A DNA stretch of 64,000 bases from Cyanobacteriota bacterium (GCA_033764955.1 JANRIL010000005.1:133461-197460); one strand, 5' to 3'; shown: positions 30,163-41,646, counted from the first letter of the stretch. Numbers and translations are program-made. Notes: generated from the sequence alone by a model not told the origin.

Positions 30163-32004
30163 CTACTTGGGCAGGCGGAAATAGGCATTCAACACCGTTT
30201 GGCAGATCGGTCCTGCTAGGCTCCCCCCACCGCCGCCGCTATTTTCCAAAAACGCCACCACGACAATCTCCGGCTCCTCAAAAGGGGCGTAGCTGACAAA
30301 CCAGGTGTGATTGTCGCGGGGGGGATCCTCTGCCGTTCCGCTTTTGCCTGCGAGAGAGGGCAGTCCGGGGGCTAGCTTCAGTGCGCTTCCTGTGCCATAA
30401 GTGATTACCCCCCGCAAGCCATTTTTTAAGATGCGCTCCGTGGCAGGTGATAGACCAATCCAACGACGGTCGGGGAGTGGCTCCAGTTCTGCTTCCTGTG
30501 GGGATAAACGAGGACGAACCCGCCAGCCTCCATTCGCCACCGCAGCGGTCACTACAGCCATTTGCAGGGGAGAAGCCGTCATAAATCCTTGTCCAATTGA
30601 CATGTTGACAGTGTCTCCCACATACCAAGGCTCTCCCCAGTATTTTTGTTTCCAGGCCTCATCTGGCACCAGTCCCGCTGCTTCCCCCGTTAGACCCAGT
30701 CCGGTGGGTTCCCCCAGTCCAAAGCGGCGGGACCACTCCTGAATCGGCCCCGCCTTTGTTCCCAAAGCAATTTGATAGAAAAAGGTGTCACTGCTGTAGG
30801 CCATCGCCTGCTCAAAGTTAAGCGCCCCAAAACCAGCCCGATTCCAATCCCAAAATTGTCGTCCCGCCACCTGAATGTAGGGCGCTGTTGAGAGAACCGT
30901 GGTGGGGGGAAACAAGCCCGATTCGATGCCAGCGGCGGTGGTGATGATCTTGAAGGTGCTGGCGGGAGGATAGGCGCGCAGGGCGCGGTTCAAGAAGGGA
31001 AACTCCCGTTTTTGCAGAGACTCCCACTGAACAGAGCTGATGTGGCTAGAAAAGATATTGGGATCAAATATGGGATAGCTCGCCATCGCCAGAATGGATC
31101 CATCGCGGGGATCCATCGCTACCACGGCTCCTTTCCGCCCCGCTAGGGCTTTTTCAGCCACTTTTTGTAGCTCGATGTCGAGGGTTAGTTGCACCGTTTG
31201 CCCCGCCTGGGGGGGCTGATTACCCAGTACCCGCAGGACTTCGCCCGCGGCATCTACCTCCACCTGTTGCCCGCCCCATTGTCCCCGCAGCAGGGGTTCA
31301 AACCGTTGTTCGGATCCCATCAGGCCAACAATTTCCCCCAGCCGATAGTTGGCTTCTGGGTTGGCTTGCAGCATTTCGCTAGGGATTTCTCCGGTATATC
31401 CCAAGACATGAGCCGCCAAGTCGCCGTTGGGGTAATAGCGGACGGTCTCCGCTTCCACCAACACCCCCGGCAGTTCTTGGCTTAGCTCCTCCAGTTGAAT
31501 GATCACCGCTGGGCTGGCATTCCGCATAATCCGCACCGGGAAGGGGGAGCGATAGCCCGCCTGCTCCAATTTTTGAGTCATTTCTGAGAGGGGAATATTC
31601 AAATAGCGGCTAAGGCGGGGGAGCGTCACCTGCCATTCTGGAATGGATTGGGCAAGCGGCCAGATAAAGACGGAATGGGAGAGTTGGTTCCCCGCCAGCA
31701 AACGCCCCTGGCGATCCAAGATGCGACCCCGTTCGGGGGGACGCGGGATGAGACGGATCCGGTTGGTATCAGCCAGTTGTTGATAGTAGGAGGTTTCCAC
31801 CAGTTGCAGATAGGCCAGCCGGGATCCCAAACCCAGCAACAAAACCAAGGTGGTCAGGGAAAGCAGCAGCAACGCCCGGTAGCCTTGCCCTACCATCTTT
31901 TGTTGGGGAGGAGCCACGGCGGCGGGACGAGGTTCACCCACGGACAGTTTGGGGGGAGGGGCAAGCAGACGAGATTTTTGCAGATGCGCCTTACCCATAA
32001 CCAC
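30163..32004 (-). CDS. mrdA: Penicillin-binding protein 2
   Basis: RGRILDR, PPASTFK (SxxK), SSD, KSGTAE. Confidence 0.92.
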   Translation of the reverse strand: MVMGKAHLQKSRLLAPPPKLSVGEPRPAAVAPPQQKMVGQGYRALLLLSLTTLVLLLGLGSRLAYLQLVETSYYQQLADTNRIRLIPRPPERGRILDRQGRLLAGNQLSHSVFIWPLAQSIPEWQVTLPRLSRYLNIPLSEMTQKLEQAGYRSPFPVRIMRNASPAVIIQLEELSQELPGVLVEAETVRYYPNGDLAAHVLGYTGEIPSEMLQANPEANYRLGEIVGLMGSEQRFEPLLRGQWGGQQVEVDAAGEVLRVLGNQPPQAGQTVQLTLDIELQKVAEKALAGRKGAVVAMDPRDGSILAMASYPIFDPNIFSSHISSVQWESLQKREFPFLNRALRAYPPASTFKIITTAAGIESGLFPPTTVLSTAPYIQVAGRQFWDWNRAGFGALNFEQAMAYSSDTFFYQIALGTKAGPIQEWSRRFGLGEPTGLGLTGEAAGLVPDEAWKQKYWGEPWYVGDTVNMSIGQGFMTASPLQMAVVTAAVANGGWRVRPRLSPQEAELEPLPDRRWIGLSPATERILKNGLRGVITYGTGSALKLAPGLPSLAGKSGTAEDPPRDNHTWFVSYAPFEEPEIVVVAFLENSGGGGGSLAGPICQTVLNAYFRLPK

Positions 32005-32140
32005 CGCGACTTCGCAGAAAACATCCCTTTAGAGTATCTATGCTCAGGGGGATAGCGTCCAGTCAACTGACCAACGGATTTTTCTGTCTACTTTGACTTA
32101 GGCTGTGTGCAGAGGTGTTTAGGGGAGACCGGGCAAGCAT

Positions 32141-33145
32141 ATGCAACCCATGCAAACAGGCAAGGTTTTGGTGACGGGTGGGGCGGGGTATATCGGATCC
32201 CATGCGGTGCTGGCTCTACAAGCCGCCGGATATGAGGTGGTGATCCTAGATAATTTGATTTATGGGCATCGGGATTTAGTCGCCTCGGTGCTTGGGGTGC
32301 AATTGATCGTGGGAGATACGCAGGATCTATCTCTGTTGAGGGAGGTTTTTCGGGCGCACTCCTTCACCGCTGTCATGCACTTTGCCGCCTTTGCCTACGT
32401 GGGAGAGTCGGTTCGGGATCCGGCTAAATATTATCGCAACAATCTGGTAGGGACGTTGAGTTTGTTGGAGGTGATGCGGGAGTTTGGGGTTAAGTCGTTT
32501 ATCTTTTCATCCACCTGCGCCAGTTATGGGATCCCAGAGGTATTGCCTATTCCTGAAGATCACCCGCAAAAGCCCATTAATCCCTATGGAAAAAGCAAGT
32601 TAATGGTGGAGCAAATGTTGGCGGATTTTGCTCAAGCCTATGGATTAAAGTATGTGAGTTTTCGCTATTTTAATGCGGCAGGAGCAGATCCCCAAGGCAG
32701 ACTGGGAGAGGATCACAGCCCTGAAACCCATTTAATTCCTCTGGTATTGATGACGGCTTTGGGCAAGCAGGCCAGTATTTCGATTTTTGGCAATGATTAT
32801 GATACTCCTGATGGAACGTGCATTCGAGATTATATTCATGTAACTGACTTAGCGGTCGCCCATGTTTTGGGCTTGAATTATTTGCTTGAGGGAGGAGAGT
32901 CAACGATTTTTAATTTAGGCAATGGCTCAGGATTTTCTGTGGATCAGGTGATTCAAGTGGCTCGGCAGGTAACCGCCCGCCCTATTCCGACGGTGATGGC
33001 GGCTAGGCGAGATGGGGATCCTCCGGCTTTGGTGGGCAGTGCCGCAAAAGCCCGCCACCTGTTGGGGTGGATCCCGCAATATGCCGATTTGCCGACGATC
33101 ATTAGCCACGCTTGGCACTGGCATCAAAAGCGGCATGGTCAATAG
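32141..33145 (+). CDS. galE: UDP-glucose 4-epimerase
   Basis: GGAGYIGSH, PYGKSK, RYFNAAGA, DGTCIRDYIHV. Confidence 0.95.
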   Translation: MQPMQTGKVLVTGGAGYIGSHAVLALQAAGYEVVILDNLIYGHRDLVASVLGVQLIVGDTQDLSLLREVFRAHSFTAVMHFAAFAYVGESVRDPAKYYRNNLVGTLSLLEVMREFGVKSFIFSSTCASYGIPEVLPIPEDHPQKPINPYGKSKLMVEQMLADFAQAYGLKYVSFRYFNAAGADPQGRLGEDHSPETHLIPLVLMTALGKQASISIFGNDYDTPDGTCIRDYIHVTDLAVAHVLGLNYLLEGGESTIFNLGNGSGFSVDQVIQVARQVTARPIPTVMAARRDGDPPALVGSAAKARHLLGWIPQYADLPTIISHAWHWHQKRHGQ

Positions 33146-33196
33146 CCATCAACCCTCCCCTGATAGCAGTGGGGTGGTGAAGCGGGGATCCCCCCA

Positions 33197-34015
33197 TTAG
33201 CCCCCGAAGGTGAGAATCAGGGATCCCGTAGCGGGCACGCTAGCCGGCGTGATCAGCAGGGGATTGCTGAGGGCTGGTTGCACCATACCATCCGGATAAA
33301 GCTGCAAAAATTCCTCCACGCTGACCAACTCACAGTCAGGGCTGGCAGCCCCGGTGCGATACATCGTGGGAATGACCAACTTGGGTTGAAGGGTGGCGAT
33401 AGCCGCTTGTGCCCCGGCGGGATCATAGTTTTTGGGGCCACCCCCCACAGGAATGAGCAGCACGTCTGGCTTTGCCAAGAGAATCTCCTGTTCGCGGGTA
33501 ATGGGGGCGGCGGCTCCCCCCAGATGCACAATATCTATCCCTGCCTGTTGCCAGCGCCAACCCACATTCACCCCAAAGCGATCCCCACGGCTGGTGGTGG
33601 CATCATGAGCCATCCGCACCCCCTGTAGGCGGATCTCACCCACCTGATAATCACCAGGGCTAAACAACACCCGTGGATTACCGGGCACGACCTCCAGTGC
33701 TCCCTCATCAAAAAGGCGACTGCTCAGCAAGACCAAATCAGCAGCAACCGCAGGTGGAGGATAGCCAGCCGTGCAGCCGACACTGCGAAAGGGGTTAACC
33801 AGGATGCGAAACGAGCCTGACTCAAACAGGACACAACTGTGGTTCAGCCAAGTCAAGCTCAGGCCATCCGTCGGGGGGGCGGGCGGGGCGGGGTTAGGGT
33901 TGCCGGATTCCTCTGGGGGTAGTGGGAGCGTTTGCCCCTTTACCGCTGGCTGACTACCGGCCAGGAGTCCACCCAAGAGTCCGGCTCCCCATCGCAGGCT
34001 GTGGCGACGTTTCAT
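33197..34015 (-). CDS. MBL-fold metallo-hydrolase-like protein (exported)
   Basis: TWLNHSC, NPF, VHLG, IPVGGGPK motifs of the cyanobacterial Lactamase_B_3-like family. Confidence 0.75.
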   Translation of the reverse strand: MKRRHSLRWGAGLLGGLLAGSQPAVKGQTLPLPPEESGNPNPAPPAPPTDGLSLTWLNHSCVLFESGSFRILVNPFRSVGCTAGYPPPAVAADLVLLSSRLFDEGALEVVPGNPRVLFSPGDYQVGEIRLQGVRMAHDATTSRGDRFGVNVGWRWQQAGIDIVHLGGAAAPITREQEILLAKPDVLLIPVGGGPKNYDPAGAQAAIATLQPKLVIPTMYRTGAASPDCELVSVEEFLQLYPDGMVQPALSNPLLITPASVPATGSLILTFGG

Positions 34016-34662
34016 AAGCTAGGGATCCCTGACGCCACAACCAAGGATGACCGCATCGGCTGAGCAGAGCGAAACTGAGCCGCCTGCCGCAAAAAGTTCT
34101 GCAATAGCCCTTTACCCTCTCCCGTCAGGATGCTCTCGGGATGAAACTGGACTCCCTGAATATGGGGTAAGGAGCGATGGCGTACCCCCATAATGACGGG
34201 ATCTCCAGAACCAGGCTCTTCGGCCCAGGCGGTAATCTCCAGTTCAGACGGACAACTGGCTCGATCAATCACAAGACTGTGGTAGCGGGTCGCCAGAAAT
34301 GGATCCGGGATCCCTGCAAAAACCCCCAGTCCGTGGTGCTGAATCCAAGAGGTTTTGCCGTGCATGAGGCGGGGCGCTCGCACAATCTTACCGCCAAACA
34401 CTTGGCCGATACACTGATGCCCCAAGCACACCCCCAAAATCGGCAGATCCCTTCCCAGAGCCTCAATCAGCCCTAGGGAGATACCGGCATCTTCGGGTCG
34501 TCCGGGGCCAGGGGAGATCACCACCCCCAGCGGATCTTTTGCCCGCAGTTGCCCCAGTGTGATGTGGTCGTGGCGGTAAACCTCTACCTCAGCCCCCAGC
34601 TCCCCTAGGTATTGCACGAGGTTATAGGTAAAGCTGTCGTAGTTATCGATGACTATCAGCAA
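34012..34662 (-). CDS. trpG: Anthranilate/aminodeoxychorismate synthase component II
   Basis: IDNYDSFTYNL, SPGPG, GVCLGHQ, QFHPES. Confidence 0.92.
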   Translation of the reverse strand: MLIVIDNYDSFTYNLVQYLGELGAEVEVYRHDHITLGQLRAKDPLGVVISPGPGRPEDAGISLGLIEALGRDLPILGVCLGHQCIGQVFGGKIVRAPRLMHGKTSWIQHHGLGVFAGIPDPFLATRYHSLVIDRASCPSELEITAWAEEPGSGDPVIMGVRHRSLPHIQGVQFHPESILTGEGKGLLQNFLRQAAQFRSAQPMRSSLVVASGIPSL

Positions 34663-34949
34663 AATCGGGGATCCCGTCAGAATTCCTCATTTTCGATCCT
34701 AGCTGCTTGTCTGTCTATCGTACCCGCCCAAAAGAGAGAATTTATTCCATGGGTTGATCGGGAGTCTGCACAACCCTTTCTCAAATACAGCCATTTTTCA
34801 AACATAGAAGGGCGGCCAAGTTCGGGAAAGGGATCCCCAGAGGGGGAGAAGTCCCCTTTCTGGATGTCGTAAACCGTGTTTACAGTTCGTTGCACAAGTC
34901 TCTAGGATCAAGATTAGAAATTTCTCATCTCTGTGAGAAGGCAAGTGCC

Positions 34950-36356
34950 GTGACTCTGCCCACCCGCACCCCCTTACCTGCTCGTCCTGCCCAAGATGGT
35001 CTGGGGTTGCCTGTTTCTCCCCCTGCCGCCCCGCCAGCCACCAGTTGGTGGTGGAAGGGATCCCTAACGCTGTTGGCTCTCACTACCCTGGCCAGCCTAG
35101 CTTGGCTGGGTCATCAACAACTGCGACAACGGGCAGACGAGCAACTGAGCCGATTGACCGTAGCGGTGCAACAGCAGGATCTCACCCAACGACTACGGGT
35201 GAGTGGGCAGGTGCAACCCATCCGCCAGGTGAATGTTAGCCCCCGTGAGTCGGGGCGATTGGTGGAGCTATTTGTCGAGCAGGGGGATAGGGTGCAGGCC
35301 GGACAGTTGTTGGCACGTATGGATTATGGAGATTTGCAGGGGGGATTGGTGCAGGCGGAGGGGCGGATTGCCGAATTGCAGGCTCGGCTGGCTGAACAAA
35401 AAGCAGGCGAACAACCCGAAACCCTGGCGGCGGCTCAGGCTCGTCTAGTGGCGGCTGAATCAAAGCGAGATCTGGCTCGCACGGAACTAGAGCGCTATCG
35501 CCTGTTAGTCGCGGAAGGAGCGATTGCTCAGGAACAACTGGATAGTAAGCAGGCCAACCTAGAGCAAGCCGAAGCGGATGTGCAGGCTAATCGACAGGAA
35601 CTGTTGCGCTTAGAGACGGGCACCCGACAGGAAAGCATCCAACAAACCGAGGCTCAAATTCGCCAAGCCCAGGGACAACTTCAACAACAACGAGCCAGGA
35701 TTCTAGACACGGAGGTGCGTGCTCCCTTTGCCGGAGTTGTCATCCAGCGCTACGCCGATGTGGGCGCGATTGTGACACCCACTACTTCCGCCTCCGATTC
35801 CACGGCAGCCACCTCCAGTTCGCTGCTGGCTTTGGCGGAAGGGATTGAGGTGCGTGCCGATGTCCCAGAAGCTCAGGTGGGTAATGTCCAGGTCGGGCAG
35901 GAGGTGGAGATCCGCACGGTGGCTTTTCCCGATCAGGCGGTGCAGGGACGAGTCAAGCGGATTGCCCCTGCGACTGTGGTGGTCAAGGAAGTCACCATCT
36001 TTCGGGTGACGATTGAGCCACAGCTAACCTCGGACGCTTCCCGCTTTCTGCGGGCAGGCATGAATGTCTCGGTGGATTTTTTGGGAGAGCCGCAACCCGC
36101 CGCCCTGACTGTGCCCGCCGTCGCCCTGATCTATCAAGACGGTCAAGAGGGGGTGATTCTCTGGGATCCCCAAAGCCGCCGACCCATCTATCGCCCTGTT
36201 CAAACCGGAATTACCCAAACGGGCGTTACCCAAGTGCTGACGGGACTCACCCTCACGGATCGGGTTTTCACCTCTCTACCCCCCCAGGTCAAACTGGATG
36301 ACTTGATCAAGCAATCCCCCAACCAGACCCTTCCTACCCCCACCGAGGATCCCTAA
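34950..36356 (+). CDS. Efflux membrane-fusion (HlyD/MacA-like) adaptor
   Basis: Single TM segment, lipoyl-like VEQGDRV, long coiled coil, VRAPFAG; start approximate. Confidence 0.88.
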   Translation: MTLPTRTPLPARPAQDGLGLPVSPPAAPPATSWWWKGSLTLLALTTLASLAWLGHQQLRQRADEQLSRLTVAVQQQDLTQRLRVSGQVQPIRQVNVSPRESGRLVELFVEQGDRVQAGQLLARMDYGDLQGGLVQAEGRIAELQARLAEQKAGEQPETLAAAQARLVAAESKRDLARTELERYRLLVAEGAIAQEQLDSKQANLEQAEADVQANRQELLRLETGTRQESIQQTEAQIRQAQGQLQQQRARILDTEVRAPFAGVVIQRYADVGAIVTPTTSASDSTAATSSSLLALAEGIEVRADVPEAQVGNVQVGQEVEIRTVAFPDQAVQGRVKRIAPATVVVKEVTIFRVTIEPQLTSDASRFLRAGMNVSVDFLGEPQPAALTVPAVALIYQDGQEGVILWDPQSRRPIYRPVQTGITQTGVTQVLTGLTLTDRVFTSLPPQVKLDDLIKQSPNQTLPTPTEDP

Positions 36357-36357
36357 C

Positions 36358-37569
36358 ATGAGTCTGTTGATTGCTACCCGCATGGCTTGGACGATGGTGC
36401 AACGGCATCGCTTGCGGACAGGACTGACGATGCTGGGGATCCTGATTGGCAATGCGGCGGTGGTGGCGATTTCGGGATTTGGCAATGCGGCGCAAGAAAT
36501 GGCTGTGGATCAGTTTCGTTCCCTGGGAACCAACCTGCTGATTGTCTTTTCCACCAGCTTAGGGTTGGCGGACGCCAATACGATCCGTCCCATCACCCTG
36601 GAGGATATGCAGGCGATTGCTAGCGAAGTTCCGGCGGTAGCCGCGGCGGTTCCCACGATTAGCACCAATGCCCGCGCCCAACGGGAGGGGGTAGATCGAC
36701 GTTATGAGGTGACGGGCACTTGGCCTGACTATCTATCGGTGTTAAGCCTACAACTAGAGCGGGGGCGCTTTCTCAATCGCAGTGATATCGAGCAACAGCA
36801 GTCGGTGGTGGTTTTGGGCAGCGAGGCGGCGGCTCAATTGTTTGGAGCCAATGCACCCAATGCGATCGGGGAAACCATTACTCTCAACAATTTACCCTTT
36901 GAGGTGGTGGGTTTGCTCAAGGCTAAGCCCACGGTATTCGGTAACAGTGATTCTGGATTATTTATTCCGGCGAACGTGGCTGCCAGTCAGTTTGTGGGCA
37001 AGATTTCTCCCTATGGCACAGAGTTGACTGCCATTTTTATTTCAGCGACTTCGGTGGAGGATTTGCCAGCGGCAGAGTTTCAAATTCGTAATCTCCTGCG
37101 GCAACGCCATCAACTGCAAGGGGAAGATGACTTTATCATTCGCAACCAAAAACAGTTGCTGGATATAGCCAATACTTTGTTGGGTCTGCTGAAAATTTTG
37201 CTGACGGGCACGGCTGCCCTCTCTCTTTTAGTGGGAGGGGTAGGCATTATGAATGTCATGTTGATTTCAGTTGCTGAGCGTACCCATGAAATTGGCTTAC
37301 GCAAGGCGATTGGGGCGGATAGTCAGATGATTTTGCAACAGTTTGCTACGGAAGCCATTTTGCTGGCCGTCACGGGTGGAACGCTGGGGATCCTCCTCAG
37401 CAGTGGCCTTTTGGTCACCATTCAAGTGTTGACTCCGTTAGCCACCACCGTTGATCCCATCACTGTCATCGTTGCTTTTACATTATCCACAGGTATTGGC
37501 TTAGTTTTTGGTATTTTCCCCGCTCGTAAAGCTGCTCAAATGGATCCCATTGAAGCCCTACGTGTTTAG
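36358..37569 (+). CDS. MacB-like ABC transporter permease
   Basis: LTMLGILIG, GGVGIMNVML.SV.ERT.EIGLRKAIGA, PARKAA.MDPIEAL. Confidence 0.92.
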   Translation: MSLLIATRMAWTMVQRHRLRTGLTMLGILIGNAAVVAISGFGNAAQEMAVDQFRSLGTNLLIVFSTSLGLADANTIRPITLEDMQAIASEVPAVAAAVPTISTNARAQREGVDRRYEVTGTWPDYLSVLSLQLERGRFLNRSDIEQQQSVVVLGSEAAAQLFGANAPNAIGETITLNNLPFEVVGLLKAKPTVFGNSDSGLFIPANVAASQFVGKISPYGTELTAIFISATSVEDLPAAEFQIRNLLRQRHQLQGEDDFIIRNQKQLLDIANTLLGLLKILLTGTAALSLLVGGVGIMNVMLISVAERTHEIGLRKAIGADSQMILQQFATEAILLAVTGGTLGILLSSGLLVTIQVLTPLATTVDPITVIVAFTLSTGIGLVFGIFPARKAAQMDPIEALRV

Positions 37570-37622
37570 CCTCTTTTAGTTTTTATCCGATCTCTAGCTA
37601 GTCAATTTCTCAGTAGTTTCTT

Positions 37623-38378
37623 ATGGCAGAAATGTTAGTCAAATCTACTCCCTTGGCATCCCCCAACCCACAGGCTCAGTCTGAGATACCGGCTATTTTG
37701 CTGCAAAATGTCAGCAAGATTTTTCAGTTGCCAGATACGACCTTTCAAGCTCTCTACGACATCCATCTGCGAATTGAGAAAGGGGAATACTGCGCCATCA
37801 TGGGACCATCGGGATCCGGCAAATCCACCACCATGAATATTATCGGCTGTCTGGATCGAGCCACCTCAGGGGCTTACTGGCTGGATGGAGTGGAAGTGTC
37901 TACACTCACGGATCGGCAACTGGCTCAACTCCGCAACCAAAAATTAGGGTTTGTCTTTCAACAATTTCATCTTCTCCCCGCCCTGACGGCTTTGGAAAAC
38001 GTCATGCTCCCCTTGGCCTATGGGGGGATCCCGCTGGCGGAGCAAAAAGACCGAGCGGCTCAAGCTCTCTATCAAGTGGGTTTGGCCAGCAAAATCGGGC
38101 AGCGTCCCAGTCAACTATCGGGGGGACAACAGCAGCGGGTGGCGATTGCCCGCGCGATCGTCAATAATCCAACCTTGTTGCTAGCCGATGAACCAACGGG
38201 AGCCTTGGATAGTCAAACCAGCCGCGATGTTCTGGCGATCTTTGCTGATCTGCATAACCAGGGGATCACCATTGTCATGGTCACCCACAGCCAAGAAGTC
38301 GCCGAAGCTGCCGAACGGATTATCCAATTTCAGGACGGGCGGATTGTGGCGGATACACAAGGGGTCTCACTCCTCTAG
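37623..38378 (+). CDS. ABC transporter ATP-binding protein (LolD/MacB-like)
   Basis: [26 protein letters not shown]. Confidence 0.95.
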   Translation: MAEMLVKSTPLASPNPQAQSEIPAILLQNVSKIFQLPDTTFQALYDIHLRIEKGEYCAIMGPSGSGKSTTMNIIGCLDRATSGAYWLDGVEVSTLTDRQLAQLRNQKLGFVFQQFHLLPALTALENVMLPLAYGGIPLAEQKDRAAQALYQVGLASKIGQRPSQLSGGQQQRVAIARAIVNNPTLLLADEPTGALDSQTSRDVLAIFADLHNQGITIVMVTHSQEVAEAAERIIQFQDGRIVADTQGVSLL

Positions 38379-38561
38379 AGATAGCTGACGGATCCCCAGC
38401 CAGCACAGCCTTTCTAGAAAACACTACACTTGAGAAAGATTTCACAAAAAACTAGGTAAAATAAGCCATTGACAGCATTAACCAGCCTGTCTCTGCATCA
38501 ACTTATCTTTGCTCTTAGTATTTATTCTGACCTCTGATGGTTTCGTGAGGAGAACAATTCT

Positions 38562-39248
38562 GTGGCTGATTTGACGGCTAACCATCTCAGATCCATGCCC
38601 TTATTTGAGGGGTTTAGTGTGGATGTATTGGAACCACTAGCCAAGCAAATGTCGGTGCGAACCCATCCGATTAATCAGGCCATTTTGCTCCAAAACGATT
38701 GGGGGAATGCCGTCTATTTTGTCTTGGATGGCTGGGTCAAAATTCGCAGCTATGACTTGGAAGGGCGGGAAATTACCCTGACTATTCTTGGCCCTGGGGA
38801 AGTGTTTGGAGAAATGGCTGCCCTCGATGAAGTGCCCCGTTCTACCGATGTGATTGCCTTGGCACCCACCTCAGTGGCTTGTTTGTCCGCCAATCATTTT
38901 CTAAAGTTTTTGGAAGGGGATCCCCTCTGTGGGATCCGCCTCTGTCAACTCATGTCCCGCCGCCTGCGCCAGATCAACCGCCGCTTGCAACTGCGGGAGG
39001 CTAGCAGTACGGCTCGGGTGGCGGATATTCTGGTGTTTTTAGCGGAATATCGGGGTAAAGTGAGTCGCGCCGGCATAGAGATCCCCAACCTCCCCCACCG
39101 CGAGCTGAGCAGTTTAAGTGGTTTGGCACGAGAAACCGTCACCCGTGTTCTGTCCAAGCTAGAACAGGACAACCTCATCCAACGGGATCGCAGCCGTGAC
39201 ATGCTCTGTATCCCTCACTTGGATGCTTTGGAAAAACTGATTCTCTAG
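38562..39248 (+). CDS. Crp/Fnr family transcriptional regulator
   Basis: cNMP domain FGEMA...PRS and HTH GLARETVTRVL. Confidence 0.9.
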   Translation: MADLTANHLRSMPLFEGFSVDVLEPLAKQMSVRTHPINQAILLQNDWGNAVYFVLDGWVKIRSYDLEGREITLTILGPGEVFGEMAALDEVPRSTDVIALAPTSVACLSANHFLKFLEGDPLCGIRLCQLMSRRLRQINRRLQLREASSTARVADILVFLAEYRGKVSRAGIEIPNLPHRELSSLSGLARETVTRVLSKLEQDNLIQRDRSRDMLCIPHLDALEKLIL

Positions 39249-39365
39249 GCTCTCAAACCGAATTCTTTGTCGGATTCTTGACCAGAAGCAGAGGGAGGCT
39301 ACGGGGATGGCTTGCTGTTGCGGGTGGAAACTGTCACCATAAAAACAGTCAAAACAAACATCCTC

Positions 39366-40643
39366 ATGCAGTGGATTAACGTTCTTTCCACCCAGCCCTC
39401 CCTCGAATCGGCTCTGCGGGAAGTGGTTGAGCAGGCTCAAAAACAAATGCAGGCGGAACAACGGCAACCGGTGTTGGCGGGCGCAGGCACGGCGGTCAGT
39501 TTGCCCGCCACCCCGACCCGACCGGATCTTGCCATTTTATTTGTGTCGGGAGCCTTTGCCAGTGAATATTCTCGTGTGATGCCACTCCTACAGGAGCTGC
39601 TGGATGTCGAGGTCTTGATCGGTGGATCGGGGGGCGGGGTAATAGGAGCCGGACAAGAGGTAGAGGATAGCCCCGCTATTTCTCTCTCCTTGGCCTATCT
39701 TCCCCACGTGCGAATCCAGCCCTTTCATCTGGAGGCGGAGCAACTGCCGGATCTGGATGCTCCCCCCGATGCCTGGATTGAGCGAATTGGCCTGGATCCT
39801 TTTGGCCGGGGTGGGCTATCGTCACAACCCAACTTTATTTTGTTGGCGGATGGCTTTAGCTCGAACATTTCTGATTTACTGCGGGGGCTAGATTTTGCCT
39901 ATCCCGCGGCGGTCAAGGTGGGAGGATTGGTGAGTGGGGGGCGCGCTCCCGGAGAAAATGCCCTTTTCTTTAAGCACAAGGGAGACTATCAACGGTTTCG
40001 CACGGGCACGGTGGGTGTGGCTCTGGCGGGTAACCTGCGGATGGATGCGGTGGTGGCACAGGGGTGTCGTCCGATTGGTCATCCCTTGCAGGTAACCGAC
40101 TCAGAAAACAATATTATTCTCAAGCTAGCCGACCGTCCTCCTTTAGAAGTCTTGCAGGCGTTGGTGGCTGATCTCAGTCCGTCCGATCAAAAGCTGGTGC
40201 GTCACTCGCTGTTTATGGGCGTTTTAATGAATGAATTTAAGGGGGATCCCGAACCGGGGGATTTTCTGATTCGGGTGTTGATGGGGATTGATCCGACAAC
40301 GGGGGCGATGGCGATTGGGGATCGGATTCGCCCTGGTCAAACCATTCAGTTTCATCTGCGGGATGCCCAAACTTCCGCCGAAGATTTGGAGTGGGTGTTG
40401 AGCCGTTACCGGGACGCTCACCTTGAGCATCCCCAGCCGCTAGCAGCGCTGATGTTTGCCTGTTTAGGACGGGGATACCATCTCTATCAGCAGGCCAACT
40501 TTGACAGCAAAACCTTCCGCCATTGGCTGGGATCCATGCCTTTATCGGGCTTCTTCTGCAATGGAGAAATTGGCCCTGTTGGAGACACCACCTTTCTGCA
40601 TGGCTATACCTCGGCGTTTGCGATCCTGCGTCCGGCGATTTAG
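39366..40643 (+). CDS. FIST domain protein
   Basis: VAQGCRPIG, QFHLRD, FACLGRG, GFFCNGEIGP, LHGYT. Confidence 0.9.
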   Translation: MQWINVLSTQPSLESALREVVEQAQKQMQAEQRQPVLAGAGTAVSLPATPTRPDLAILFVSGAFASEYSRVMPLLQELLDVEVLIGGSGGGVIGAGQEVEDSPAISLSLAYLPHVRIQPFHLEAEQLPDLDAPPDAWIERIGLDPFGRGGLSSQPNFILLADGFSSNISDLLRGLDFAYPAAVKVGGLVSGGRAPGENALFFKHKGDYQRFRTGTVGVALAGNLRMDAVVAQGCRPIGHPLQVTDSENNIILKLADRPPLEVLQALVADLSPSDQKLVRHSLFMGVLMNEFKGDPEPGDFLIRVLMGIDPTTGAMAIGDRIRPGQTIQFHLRDAQTSAEDLEWVLSRYRDAHLEHPQPLAALMFACLGRGYHLYQQANFDSKTFRHWLGSMPLSGFFCNGEIGPVGDTTFLHGYTSAFAILRPAI

Positions 40644-40704
40644 CCGTTTCCCCATAGGGATCCCTATCCACTCCTGTTTGCCCATTTCCTAGGAAGTTGA
40701 TGCT

Positions 40705-41355
40705 GTGCAACTAAAAATCTATGTGCCCCCCCACCCCCTGATCAAACACTGGCTGGCGATTGCCCGTGATGTGCAGACCCCCATGCCCCTTTTTCGTTCC
40801 GCCATGCAGGAACTAGGGCGCTGGCTGACCTACGAAGCCATGCGGGAGTGGATCCCGACCTTACCATTGCAGGTGCAGACCCCCCTCACCACAGCGGAGG
40901 CGGAGATCATCAACCCGGAAGTGCCCGTGGCGATTGTGCCAATTTTGCGGGCGGGATTGGCCATGCTGGAGGGCTGCGTAGCCTTACTCCCCCAAGCGCG
41001 GGTCTATCACATCGGCATGAAACGGGATGAAGAAACCCTCCACTCTAGTTGTTATCTCAATCGTCTGCCCCCCTCCCTCCCCGCCCACACCCGCATCCTC
41101 ATCCCTGAACCAATGCTCGCTACCGGAGGCACCCTCAGTCAGGTTTTGGAGGATTTAGCCGGGCGAGGAGCTGATCTCAGTCTGCTGCGGGTGGTCACCA
41201 CCTTGGCCGCCCCCCCAGCGCTGCAAAAGTTGGGATCCCTTTACCCGATGGTGCAAATTTATGCGGCCATGATCGATGAAACCCTAAACGAGCAGGGCTT
41301 CATTGTGCCGGGATTGGGAGATGCTGGGGATCGGGCTTTTGGCACAGAAGGTTAG
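40705..41355 (+). CDS. upp: Uracil phosphoribosyltransferase
   Basis: HPLIKHWL, VPILRAG, PMLATGG, IVPGLGDAGDR. Confidence 0.95.
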   Translation: MQLKIYVPPHPLIKHWLAIARDVQTPMPLFRSAMQELGRWLTYEAMREWIPTLPLQVQTPLTTAEAEIINPEVPVAIVPILRAGLAMLEGCVALLPQARVYHIGMKRDEETLHSSCYLNRLPPSLPAHTRILIPEPMLATGGTLSQVLEDLAGRGADLSLLRVVTTLAAPPALQKLGSLYPMVQIYAAMIDETLNEQGFIVPGLGDAGDRAFGTEG

Positions 41356-41646
41356 ACAAAATCTACAGGTAGTGTTAATAACGTGCATTTATCGGCAAAT
41401 ACCGCTAAACTACGACCAAGTGTGGTGATGGTTCTCATGGCCGGGTTGGGTTTGTTGAGTCAATCTGCTTTTTGATCCAACCGAATTGACTCCTCTCAAA
41501 TCAATCGGAACGATGGGGAGAGAGGGATATTCTCAGGGTGGCCAGCGGGAGAGGGTGATGAGGATAGTGAAACGGCTCTGGGTAAGGTTCAAGGCGAATG
41601 AATAGGCGAATCAGTGATCCCCCTGTTGTGAGATGGGCTTGAGCCT

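Noticed and set aside
41458..41492. GAGTCAAT/ATTGACTC inverted repeat downstream of upp
   Set aside because: Single 8-bp stem with a long loop and no other support
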